64,000 nucleotides of DNA from positions 143,282,001 through 143,346,000 of the forward strand of contig OZ038378.1 in NCBI GenBank assembly GCA_964036045.1, written 5' to 3'. The position numbers and the translations under genes were made by a program. Source of the stretch: Eutreptiella sp. 'Long Island Sound 2002'. Its lineage: Eukaryota > Protista > Euglenida. Of the stretch, positions 12,001 to 23,039 are shown piece by piece (position 1 is the stretch's first letter; the number at the start of each line of letters is the position of its first letter). The notes under the pieces are model-generated. The model worked only from the letters and a program-made list of their open reading frames with translations. It was not told the origin of the DNA and searched no databases.

Positions 12001-13930
12001 GCTCTGTGGCAGCAAAGGATCCATCTGCTGTGTGGTAGCAAAAAGCCCCCTGCTTATGCCCGCAAAAGCCCTGTTGCTTAGTGGCAGCAAATGAGCATGC
12101 CACGTGGTTGCACTAAAGGCCTGACACGCTGTGGGAGCAAAAAAGCACGCTGCTCAGTTGCAGCAAAAGAGCTTGTTGCCCAGTGGCAGCAAAACAGCAT
12201 GCCACGCAGTTGCAGCAAAAAGAATGGGTGCTCTGTGACGGCAAAAAAGCATGGGGTACAATGGCAGCAAAACGACATATTGCTCTCTGGTACGCAAAAA
12301 CCTGCTGCTGAGTGGCTGCAAAAACGGCCTGTTGCTCAGTGGCAGCAAACAAAAAACCCCGCTGCCCAACGGTAGCAAAACAGCACGCTGCCGAGTGAAG
12401 CACAATGGCCTGGTGCTCAGTGGCTGCAAAGGGACATGCTGCTCGGTGGCAGCAAAAAAAAATTAAAATAAAAAATAAAAGAAATCAAAAATTGTTCTGC
12501 TGCTCATGGCAGCAAAAAGGTCTGCCGCACTGTGGTAGCGAAAAAGGCCTCCTGCCCAGTGCCAATAAAAACCTACCAATCAGCGGCAGCAAAAGAGCAT
12601 GCTACTCTGTTGCAGCAAAAAGGCCTGCTGTTCAGTGGCAGCAGAAGAGCATGCTACTCAGTTGCAGCTAAAAAGCCTGCCGCTCAGTGGCAGCAAAAGA
12701 GCATGCTACTCAGTTGCTGTGAAAAAGCTTGCTGCTCAGTGACTGAGGAAAAACAAAACCTGCCCTAGGGCAGCAAAAAAGCCTGCCGCTAAATGGCAGC
12801 GAAAAACGCCGCCAGTGTGTGGCAGCAATATGGCCTGGTGCTCTGCGGCAGCAAAAACCCTCCTGCTCATTGGCAGCACAAAGGCCCATTGTGCTGCAGC
12901 AGCTAAGAAAAACCCTGCTGCTCTATGGCTCTGTGGCTCAGAACAGCAGAAATTTTTGGCGATCTGTGGTAGTAATTGGACATGCTGCTCTGTGGCAACA
13001 ATAAGGCCCATGGCTCGGTGGCAGCATAAAAGCATGCTACCTTGGTGCAGCAAAGAGGCTTGTTGCCCGGTGACAGCAAAGGAGCTTGTTACGTAGCTGC
13101 AAATTAAAGACTTGTTGCTCAGTGGCATCAAAAAGGCATGCTGCCCAGTGGCCGCGAAAAGGCCCACTGCTCAATGGCAGCAAAAATTCTCCTGCTCTAT
13201 GGCTGCAAAAGGGTCAGAAGCTCACTGGCAGTCAAAAAACCCAGCTGCTTAGAAGAAGCAAAAAGCCCCGTTGCTCTGCGGCAACAAAAAACCCTGCTGC
13301 CCTATGGCAGCAAAAGACCCCATTGCTCCATGCATCAAAAAGGCTGGCGCTCAGTGGCAGCAAGAAGGCCTGCAACTCAATGGTCGCAAAAACCCTGTTA
13401 CTTTTAAGCTGCAAAAATCCTGCTGCTCAATGGTAGCAAAATACCCTGCTGCCCTATGATAGCAACAGACGCCGCTGCTCTATGCAGCTTAAAAGGCTGG
13501 TGCCCGGTGGCTGCATAACGGCCTGCTACTCAGTGGTAGCAAAGAGGCCCACGCGCAGTGGCTGCTAAAAAACCTGCTGCTCAGCAATAGCTTGCTGCTC
13601 AGTGTCCGCTTAAAGCCAGCTACCTTGTGGCAGCAAAAACCTTGGTGCTCAACGGCAGCAAAAAGCTCGCTGAGTAGTGGCTGCAAAGGGCATGCCGCCG
13701 CGGCAACAAAAAAGCCCGCTGCGCCAGCAAAAAAACCATGATCCGTGGCTGCCTAAAAGCCAATGGCTACAAACAAGCATACTGCTCAGTGGCAGCTATA
13801 AGGCCCAACGATCAGCGATCAGCGATAGCTAAAAGGACGGCTACTCAGTGGCAGCAAAAAAGGCATGCCACCATGTCGCTACAAAAAAGCCGCATGCTCC
13901 GTGGCGGCTAAAGGGCATACTACTTTGTGG
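9053..13930. repeat. Degenerate ~25-27-bp satellite, type A (TGCTGCTCAGTGGCAGCAAAAA core)
   Basis: Well over a hundred diverged units with ctcagtggcagc cores separated by A-tracts; strongly A-rich on the plus strand. All ORFs here are repeat artefacts. Confidence 0.9.
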
Positions 13931-13937
13931 CTGTCAC

Positions 13938-14090
13938 ACCCCTACTCTGGGTACTCGTCCCCCAGTGGACCTAGGGTGTGTCCCTGTTGCACCCCAACTC
14001 TGGGTACCTGTCCCCCAGTGGACTTGGGGTGCATCCCAGCCGCACCCCCACCTGCACCTGGGGTATTGGGCTCCCAATGGGCCCATGACA
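13938..14090. repeat. Two to three diverged copies of the 52-bp minisatellite unit
   Basis: cccctactctgggtactcgtcccccagtggacctaggg matches the 15612-16378 array. Confidence 0.8.
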
Positions 14091-14099
14091 CCATTTGGT

Positions 14100-15610
14100 C
14101 CCGATTGTTGTGGCACTGTAGCAGCCAAAGAAAGAAAGAAAGAAAAACAGCACTGCAGCAGCACAAAACACTCGCTGCACTGTGACAGCACAAATAACAC
14201 GCTGCCCTGCGGCAGCTCAAAAAACACACAGCACAGTGGCAGCACAAAAATAGGCAGCAACACAAAAAACACTGCACTGTGGCAGCGCCAAATACCATGC
14301 CGCAGTGCGGCAGCACAAAAACAAGCTGCACGGTGGCAGCACAAAAAATACGCTGCACTGCGGCAGCAGAAAACACAAGGAAGATAAACAGCTACACCGT
14401 GGCCGCACTAACAAAACAAAAAAAAACAATGCTGTACTGTGGCAGAACAAAAAAACACGCTGCCCTGTGGCAGCACACAAATACCCAGCACTATGACAAC
14501 ACAAAGAACATGCAGCACCGCACCATTGCACGAAACAAGCCGCACTATGGCAGCACAGCAATAAGCGCTGCACCGTGGCAGCACACAATTTCATGCTGCA
14601 CTATGGCAGCTACATAAAAAAGCTGTGCCATGGCAGCACAAAATTTGATGCCGCAGTGTGGCAGCACACAAAACACGCTGCACTGCGGCATCACAAAAAC
14701 AAGCTGGACTGTGGCAACACCAACAAAAAAACATGCTGTACCGCGGCAGAACCAAAAGCCCGCTGCAATGTGGCATCATACAAACCGCTGCATTGCAACA
14801 GCACAAAAACACACCGCGCTTTGGTAGCAGAAAAAACAAAAACCAAAAAAAAATAAATAATTGATGCACTGTGGCAACACCCATAACACGCTGCATTGCA
14901 ACACCATAATATGCTACATTGTAGCAGCACAACAAATGCGCTGCACTGGGGCAGCACTAGACACTCGCGGAACTAGAAATGGTGGGCCCAAAACAATGTG
15001 GCATCACAAAAAACAAATACAAACAACAACAACAAAAAAACCCTCATCGCTCATTGCAAAAAAAAACAAAGGATACTGCAGCACTGCAGCTGCAGCTGGA
15101 CAAAAAACACGCTGCACTGCGGCGGCACAAAAACCATGCTGCCCTGTGGTAGCACAGAAATCAAAAAACAAGAACAACACAAAACCATGCCCTGCGGCAG
15201 CACACAAAAAACATGCTGCACTGAGGCAGCACAAAGCAAAAAACCCAAACATGCCGCCCTCTGGCTGCACAAAAAACACACACTGCACCGTGGCAGCACT
15301 GAAAAAACATGCCGCACTGAGGCAGCAGAAACTGAAAAACTGCACACTGCACTGTGGTTGTACAAGGAAAATGCGGCATTGTGATAGCACAAAAAAAAAA
15401 CGCTGCACAAGAAACAGAGTCACCAAAAACAATATTATAGCACAAACACAAAAACAAACTAAAAAAGCGTTGCACCATGGCAACAGTCAAAATCTGCTGC
15501 TCTGTAGCAGCCCACACCACACGCTACTGTGTGGCAGAACTAAAATACGTTCACTACGGCAACACAAAACACACGACGCTCTGTGGCAGCGCAAAAATTG
15601 CTGCTCTGTC
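14100..15610. repeat. Degenerate satellite, type B (GCACTGTGGCAGCACAAAAAACACGCT-like)
   Basis: Related to type A but with ctgtggcagcac cores and CA/A-rich spacers. Confidence 0.85.
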
Positions 15611-15611
15611 T

Positions 15612-16378
15612 CGCCCCAATTCTGGGTATTAGTCCCCCAGTGGACCCAGGGCCGTCCCAACCGTACCCCATTCTGGGTAATCGTCCCCCAGTGGACCTAG
15701 GGCCGTCTTAGTCGCGCCCCAACTCTGGGTACTAGTCCCCTAGTGGACCTAGGGCTGCCTCTGTCGTGCCCCAACTCTGGGTACTAGTCCCCCAGCGGAC
15801 CTAGGGCCGTCTCAATCGTGCCCCAACTCTGGGTACTAGTCCCCCAGTGGACCTTGGGCCGTCTCAGTCGCGCCCTGGGTACTCGTCCCCCAGCGGACCT
15901 AGGGCCGTCTCAGTCGCGCCCCAACTCTGGGTACCCGTCCCCCAGTGGACCTAGGGCCGTCTCAGTCACGCCCCAACTCTTGGTACTCGTCCCCCATTGG
16001 ACCTAGGGCCGTCTCATTCGCGCCCCAACTCTGGGTACTTGTCCCCCAGTGGACCTAGGGCCGTCTCAGTGGCGCCCCAACTCTGGGTACTTGTCCCCCA
16101 GTGGACCTAGGGCCGTCTCAGTCGCGCCCCAACTCTGGGTACTAGTCCCCCAGTGGACCTAGGGCCGTCTTAGTCGCGCCCCAACTCTTGGTACTCGTCC
16201 CCCAGTGGACCTTGGGCCGTCTCAGTCGCGCCCCAACTCTGGGTACTTGTCCCCCAGTGGACCTAGGGCCGTCTCAGTCACGCCCCAACTCTGGGTACTA
16301 GTCCCCCAGTGGACCTTGGGCTGCCTCCTTTGCACCCCTACTCTGGGTACTAGTCCCCCAGCGGACCTAGGGCCGGCT
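15612..16378. repeat. 52-bp minisatellite, ~15 copies
   Basis: Unit ccccaactctgggtactagtcccccagtggacctagggccgtctcagtcgcg; starts at 15717, 15769 and 15821 are 52 nt apart. No unique spacers. Confidence 0.95.
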
Positions 16379-16379
16379 C

Positions 16380-17190
16380 TACAACCACAATGGTCCTGCT
16401 GCCCATTGGCTGTAAAAAAGCTTGTTGTTTCGTGACAGCCAAAAACCTTGCTGCTCTGTGGCCACAAGAGGCCTGGCATCCCGAGGTTGCTAAGAAGCCT
16501 GCCTGTCAGGGGCCTCAAAAAAGCCATCTGTTTTGTGGCTGCTAGAAACCCCCAACTGCAGCAAAAAATGCTCGCTCCTCCATGGCCGCTCAAGTCCCTC
16601 TGCTTAGTGGCCGCCTAGAAATACCTCTGTTCTGTGGCAGCTGGAAAGCATGCTGCTTAGCGGCAGTAAAAAAAAAACTTGTGTTCAGTGGCCGCAGAAA
16701 GCTTTTCGCTCAGTAGTAGCAAGTAGCTTGCTGCTCAGTCGCAACAAAAACTGGTACTACTGGTGCTACAGTGTGACAGGAAAACACCTGCTACTCAGTG
16801 GCTGCAAAATCCAGCCGCACAGTGGCTGCCAAAACCCTGCTGCTCTGTTGCATGGTAGCTGTAGAGTCCGCTGCACTGTGGCAGCTAAAAACCTGCTGCT
16901 CCGTGGTAGCACAAAGCTGCACCACTCTGTGGCAGCAAAAAACCTGCTACTCTGTGACAGCACGTTGCTTCACCACTCAGCGGCAGCTAAAACACCTGCT
17001 GCTCCTTGGCAGCATATAGCTTGCTGCGTAATTACAGCTATTGACGGTTTTGAGAGCAAAAAAGCCTGCTGCTCAGCGCTAGGAAAAGGGCCTGCTACCC
17101 AGTTGCAGCAAAAAGGCCTGCACTCTGTGGTTACCCCTACATGCCGCTCAGTGGCAGCAAAAAAGGCCTGCCACCCAGTGGCAGCAAAAA
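16380..17190. repeat. Type A satellite resumed; contains a diverged copy of ~10945-11330
   Basis: 16396-16793 aligns by eye with 10945-11326 (e.g. ctgcccattggctg..aaaaaagc..gttgtttcgtgacagc; gtgacaggaaaacacctgctac). Confidence 0.85.
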
Positions 17191-17195
17191 TCTAC

Positions 17196-18690
17196 GTGCG
17201 CAATTCCGTCGCTCCTCCTTGTTCTTTAGTCTCCTACTGTCTGGTTTACCTTGATTTGGGCGGATGGGTCTGTTTTCCCCCCAGGAGAAACCGTCGACCC
17301 GCCGGTTTGCCCCTTTTTACCTCTCCCCACCCTTACTACTACCTTACTCACAACTCACTAGGACCACGTGGTGCCAGTGAGTTGGGGTGGGGGGTCCGTT
17401 CTGAACTCAGGGGCCTCCTCCTCCGCCGGTTCTTGGGTGCGGTCGCCCACCAATTGTTAACCAGGGGCCTCCTCCTCCGCCGGTTCTTGGGTGCGGTCGC
17501 CCACCATTGGTAAACCAGGGGCCTCCTCCTCCGCCGGTTCTTGGGTGCGGTCGCCCACCATTGGTAAACCAGGGGCCTCCTCCTCCGCCGGTTCTTGGGT
17601 GCGGTCGCCCACCAATTGCAAACCAGGGGCCTCCTCCTCCGCCGGTTCTTGGGTGCGGTCGCCCACCACTTGTAAACCAGGGGCCTCCTCCTCCGCCGGT
17701 TCTTGGGTGCGGTCGCCCACCAAGTGCAAACCAGGGGCCTCCTCCTCCGCCGGTTCTAGGGTGCGGTCGCCCACAGTTCTCAAGTTCCTAGGGGAGCGAG
17801 AAAGGGGGAGATGGATGGAGAGACCCTTTAACCTAGGGGTGAGCGGGAGGTAGGGAGGGACCCGTGTTCCTAGGGAGACATGAGAGGGAGACACGTGTTG
17901 TGCATTTGCTTACCGTTTGTTGTATGTACGTGAGTGGTTTGTGGAATCTCTTGTTTGTGTGAGCTTGCACCACCACGTGCTCCACGGCCGCCACCGCGAG
18001 GCCCACACTCTGTGACGCCCTCCGGGCGAGTGTGCACCTCCGGGCCCTGCCATTGGATGTGCGCGCACAAGTGTGCCGTGTGTTTGTAAGTGTGCCTTTG
18101 TCTCTGCATGTTGTATACCCCTGTGTTACTTCCCTTGTTCCCCACCCTGCCTCTACTTGCCTCAGAGATTTCACCCCACATTTTTTCCAGTAGTGCACGC
18201 GTATGGTGCTGTAACCCAGTACAAGCGACCACGGGGTCAAGAGGCTCTAACCTACACCCAAGACCGACGGGGCCTGTTGTCAAGGTTGTCCCGCATTGCA
18301 TCGCAGGGCAGGACCGGTAGCCCCCCTTGACAACGAACCCCTCCAAGCAGGGGGGTGTGATTGAGTAGACCCGTGTACCTACAAAAAACTTTTGTGTAAA
18401 ATGGAATTACGTTTGCGGGGTGAATCTCTAGGCTAGGGTGGGGTGTGGGGCTGAAAACTGCCCTTTCTGGTTGGGCTGAAAATGGCCCTGTTTTATGTCA
18501 CCCCCTTTTTTTCTTATTTTTGTTTCCTGTTTCTGTACTCAACTTCTGGTTTGTGTCTAGTTGAAACATGTTCATTTTGTATTCCCTTTGTGTTTGTTGT
18601 GTACTTTATTTTTTCAACAAACCTGTTTTCACCGTAGGTCCATCGGCTTATCGATTGTCCACCTGTGCAGCGAAGCGGAATGCCCCTCTA
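17196..18690 (+). mobile_element. Internally deleted Ty3/Gypsy-like LTR retrotransposon remnant
   Basis: Integrase C-terminal-like LPQRFHPTFF..YKRP (~18157-18232), then a pol-like end PLDNEPLQAGGCD* running through a purine tract (aagcagggggg, 18345-18355) into TGTGA at 18356. A pyrimidine-rich U5-like segment ends in TCACA at 17352. The two putative LTR halves do not overlap, so a direct repeat cannot be shown. Confidence 0.45.
17408..17774. repeat. 54-bp tandem repeat x~6.8
   Basis: Unit aaccaggggcctcctcctccgccggttcttgggtgcggtcgcccaccattggta; variation is confined to ~8 nt per unit. 18-aa periodicity in the ORFs. Confidence 0.95.
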
Positions 18691-18695
18691 GGCAG

Positions 18696-19036
<341 letters not shown>

Positions 19037-19276
19037 GAGAACCGCGAGACAAGAACAAAGCAAGAAAGGCGGTGGAAAGAAAACTCCTCAGGAACAGCAG
19101 AGCTGTCCTAGACGTCTTTTGGTCTGGTGAAGATGACAGGGATGGAAGCATGTTCAGTGCTGGGCAAAGCAAATGAACCTCTCCCTTCCCCAGACCACAA
19201 AAACCGCCCGCGGAGGAGCTCGTGAACTACCTATGCCACAGCCTACAATTATCGTGTGCTGGGTGCAACCACCCCG

Positions 19277-19313
<37 letters not shown>

Positions 19314-19325
19314 CAGCACCGAGAC

Positions 19326-19398
19326 CTCTCCAGCGTGTCCATCGTGTCGATGATGCTCCGCGTGACGCACGAAAACGCATTGCTCTCCTGCGGCTCCT
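19326..19398 (-). CDS. Probable downstream exon of the BIR gene (EEPQESNAFSCVTRSIIDTMDTLER)
   Basis: Acceptor ttcacag| at 19398 and donor AG|gtctcg after 19326. 73 nt, with phase-1 entry matching the phase-1 exit of exon 22057-21963 (G+AG=Glu). 22/24 codons GC3 and purine-rich first positions. Confidence 0.5.
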
Positions 19399-19990
19399 CT
19401 GTGAACAATGCGCAGCGGAGTGGGGGACTCGCACATCGGAGAGGGGGAGGGGGGGGGGGGGGGGCGGGGGTTGCGCGGGTCGCATGCCACGGAGGCGTCA
19501 CCGCGGACCAGACACAAGGCACCGCATCGAGTACGTCAGATGACTGAGCCGAGTGAATTGACGATGGCGTGTGGGTCTCCCGTGAGTCTGCAGATCGCAC
19601 GCAGCAGAGCAAAGGGAGGGAGCAACAGCCGGTTCTCATGGACTGAATGCCCCCGCCCTCGGCACCGTCGGCCTTGGGGCCCACACGTTGTGCGGTAGCA
19701 CTCATGCCGCCCACCCCATGAACCGCCGGAAACCGAAACGGCGTCGCACCGCACGTCGGCGACACCCACGCCGTCGGCGGTGGCCATGGACGACAGTCCG
19801 TTGCACACCTGAACGCCGGCGGCTCTGCCTGTCCGCCAGGGGGACAGAAGGGGCACGGGGGGTTTTCCCGCAGCCCACCGACCCCCCTCCCTGCGTCTGG
19901 GGAACTGCCACGCCAAATGAACAGATCCCACTCGGGCAAAGACCAAGTCGGCTGCGTGTGAGGCCCCATGGCCCGGGTCAACCGTTGGTA

Positions 19991-20512
19991 CCCTCCCCCC
20001 CCCTTGCAATCTCCCCCGGTATCGCACAACGCCCCCCCCCCCACGGGGGAGGGGGGGGACGGTCGCCAAGTGACGGTCTCCCCCCACGGGGGAGGGGGGG
20101 GACGGTCTCCCCCCCCTGGGGGGGGGGGGGGATTGCACGAGCATTTCAAGGCAAACTGTGGTACCCTCCACTGATGCAAAGTAAACAGAGCACCGGTGAA
20201 GCGACTTTTGCAGTGATGCTCTGCCGATGACACAACACAACGGGAGTTTCCACAGCGCTGAATTCTGCACCCTGCAGCCCCTACTGGTGCCCCAGGAATG
20301 TTCACCGCAACAGGTCTTTGCCTCGCAAGACAGTGAAGTGACGATCCCCCCCCCCCGGGGGGGTAGACACAACCAAAACACGTTCGGACCCACAGAGGGT
20401 CAGAATGAGCAGTGGTGAGAGGCCAATAGGCGCCGCCAAAGGCAAACAATCAGATACCGAGGCCTTGTGCTAAACCCCAGGGGGGGGGGGATTGCAAAGG
20501 GGGGGGGGGGGG
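19991..20512. mobile_element. TA-flanked C-run/TTGCAATC TIR element (composite MITE)
   Basis: TA at 19989-19990 and 20513-20514; left end ccctcccccccccttgcaatc, right end gattgcaaa-G-run; contains the family A copy. Confidence 0.6.
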
Positions 20513-20873
20513 TACAGACCTGATGGGCGGGGAAACCAGACCGCTTTCCACGAACTCCGCCCTGAGCCTCCCCGAGCCCCAACCCCCTCCGCGCCTATTG
20601 GACGTGGGGGGTTGTGCAGGGGCGAGGTTTGGGTTGTGGGCGAAGCAACTGTTGCCCGATCTTGTGCACAATACCGCACTTGCCTCCAGGGCAAGTGGTT
20701 GACTCACCGCGTTGGCCACTGGTGCACTGACCACCTCTGCCACCGCCGCCCAAGACTGAAAACGGGACCAGTGGTCCGTAGGATTCAACGCGGGGACCCA
20801 AGGACACATGACGTGCATCGTTCATGAGGAAATTGCAGTCCTATTCGTGCCGCAGGAGTGGGTGGGTTGTCCC

Positions 20874-21097
20874 CAGAGTTGCATTGGAAAGGGGGGGGGG
20901 GGTGCCACCCCCCCCCCCCCCCCTCCAGGGCGCCCAGCCTATGCCCAGCCACTGTCCCCTTGACGCCGAGTGCCAGCCTCAATGGCATTTGCGACCGACA
21001 GTAACCGCCCCCAACGGCTTCGGCAACCTCCTCCAACCGCCTGTCTCACCGCTTCTGGGGCCGCCTCTGCGACCTCCTCCCTTCCAATGCATCCCTG
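20874..21097 (+). mobile_element. hAT-type MITE family B, copy 1
   Basis: Ends cagagttgcattgg / ccaatgcatccctg; 8-bp flanks gttgtccc / gctgtccc (7/8). Homologous to 25438-25652 and 47103-47319. Confidence 0.75.
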
Positions 21098-21320
21098 GCT
21101 GTCCCTGATTACGTGTTGAACAGGTTTGGCCCCGTCCCCTCCCTCGCCCAAGCGACACAAGCAGTGAACACAGGCTCAGTCGCCGGGCGAGAGGGGAAGG
21201 GGCTGTGCGGCCAAACTTTGGTTTCTGCAAAACCTGGGCTTACTGGCTGTCCTTCTGTGCGCTCGGACGGAGCACTTTCTCGAAAGGCAAGCCTTGGAGG
21301 CGCACGAATATTACACCCCA

Positions 21321-21750
21321 ACACGAAACGACACGACACGTCGTGTCGTGTCGCGTCGTGTCGTGTCGTGTCGTGTCGTGTCGTGTCGTGTCGTGTCGTG
21401 TCGTGTCGCGTCGCGTCGCGTCGCGTCGCGTCGCGTCGCGTCGCGTCGCGTCGCGTCGCGTCGTGTCGTGTCGTGTCGTGTCGTGTCGTGTCGTGTCGTG
21501 TCGTGTCGTGTCGTGTCGTGTCGTGTCGTGTCGTGTCGTGTCGTGTCGTGTCGTGTCGTGTCGTGTCGTGTCGTGTCGTGTCGTGTCGTGTCGTGTCGTG
21601 TCGTGTCGTGTCGTGTCGTGTCGTGTCGTGTCGTGTCGTGTCGTGTCGTGTCGTGTCGTGTCGTGTCGTGTCGTGTCGTGTCGTGTCGTGTCGTGTCACC
21701 ACACGACACGACACGACACGACACGACACAACGCGACGCGATACAACGCG
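21321..21750. repeat. (TCGTG)n pentamer array with internal (TCGCG)n tract and inverted (ACACG)n arms on both sides
   Basis: ACACG-type units at 21321-21340, TCGTG/TCGCG at 21341-21696, ACACG again from ~21701. Confidence 0.95.
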
Positions 21751-21962
21751 ACAAACTCGGAACGGCAGCATTTCTGTACATGAGCGACGGTGCAAATCGG
21801 CGCGGGTTCGAAAGAGAACAAGGGCGTCTCCTGAGGACATGATTCTGCTTCGAGGAGGGCTGCCGTTTGAGCTTCTGAGAGCCATGGCCCTGTGGGGAGG
21901 TGTTGCTTCAGAGCGCAACTCGGGGGCGGCAGGGGGCTTGGCCCGGGGGGGGCAGGTCATAC

Positions 21963-22057
21963 CAGGCTCCTCCGTGGACAGGGAGGTGGCGGTGGTGCTG
22001 TACCGCGTCAGCTGCTGCAGGAACTCGCAGTGCTTCGAGTGCTTCCGGTGCTCTTCC
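21963..22057 (-). CDS. BIR gene exon 3 (L|EEHRKHSKHCEFLQQLTRYSTTATSLSTEEP)
   Basis: Acceptor aaatgcag| at 22057, phase 2 (CT+G=Leu). Supplies the His and last Cys of the BIR zinc site. Donor G|gtatga after 21963 is the best candidate, but the 3' boundary is less certain. Confidence 0.85.
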
Positions 22058-22243
22058 CTGCATTTGGGGAACACGCGACGCATGCGCGGCCCCTCGAGGG
22101 CATCCCGGTGCCCTTCCTCAGACCACAACAGTGTTGAGCACAGGGGGGGGCCAAGCACAACCCTCAGGCCTCACAACTTCCTGCATGCCGCCCGCATCCG
22201 GGGGAAGGAGCAGCAGGCTGCTGCGGGCCACTGCATTCCAGCC

Positions 22244-22516
22244 GCGGGGGGGGCGACTACAACTGGTCCTGATGCGACACCCCCCCCAGCTATCTGTCAA
22301 AACTTGGGGGGGGGGGGTGGGCAGTTGGGGGGGGGGGGGTCGGTTGGAGGGGGTGGGGGGGGGGGGGTCCTGCCGGGGGTCGGGGGGTTTTCTCTAGGGA
22401 CACTTGTTGGTGGCCGACCCGGCACCACTATCTTTCAAAACCCGGGGGGGGGAGGGGTGGGGGGGGCTGGGGGGTGTCGCATACAAGGACCGGGCCCGGC
22501 CTCCCCCCCCTTCGTG
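22244..22516. mobile_element. G/C-run MITE with 9-bp flanking direct repeat (Mutator-like)
   Basis: ATTCCAGCC at 22235-22243 and 22517-22525; subterminal inverted repeats ggtcc..atgcgacaccccccagc. A related right end lies at ~47380-47478. Confidence 0.55.
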
Positions 22517-23039
22517 ATTCCAGCCCTCACTGGCGCAGATCTATGGGATCTGAGACCCCCTGGTGTGCAAGAGGTGATTGCCGGTTCTGTCAAGGATAAG
22601 AGGAGACCCGTCATCTGATTGGTGCGCTCATTGAGCCCGTGCTGTAGTCTCAACTGATGAACACATGATGATATCAACGGGCCGGCATGTACCATCCACT
22701 TCTCTCATTCTTCATGTGTGGGGGTGTTTACTCATGACTTCCGGAGATCCTGGATTGCAACAGGTTTTGAGATGGCTGCGGCACTTGCACAGCATATGTC
22801 CATTGAACTAGGCAATCTGGAAGGAGGAAGCCTCGGTGACCCCCAACTATTGATAGAGCTGCTTCGTATCAAGCAGTTTGGGAACAACACTGCGGATTTG
22901 GGGAGAGTACCCCGACCTTAACCTCGGGGTCTAGGATAGGGGTCTAAGATCTTATCATGAGTTTTGACCATCTTTTAACTGTTAGCAATGTCAACAATTA
23001 ATGTTAGCCTACGGGGGCGCACCCCTATTTAGCGGAAGG

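Noticed and set aside
15612-17774. CRISPR-like arrays (52-bp and 54-bp units; also the 48-bp and 78-bp arrays)
   Set aside because: Units are contiguous with no unique spacers of constant length, there are no cas genes, and the context is eukaryotic.
19317-19420. Plus-strand HRDLSS kinase-like motif antisense to BIR exon 4
   Set aside because: No Asn at the catalytic-loop position and no DFG; it follows a (CA)n tract with no usable acceptor; first-codon-position purine bias favours the minus frame.
19700-19830. Extra exon around ttcag|gtgtgc at 19809
   Set aside because: The site could be a donor or an acceptor, and no reading of it gave a convincing peptide in the phase needed between exons 3 and 4.
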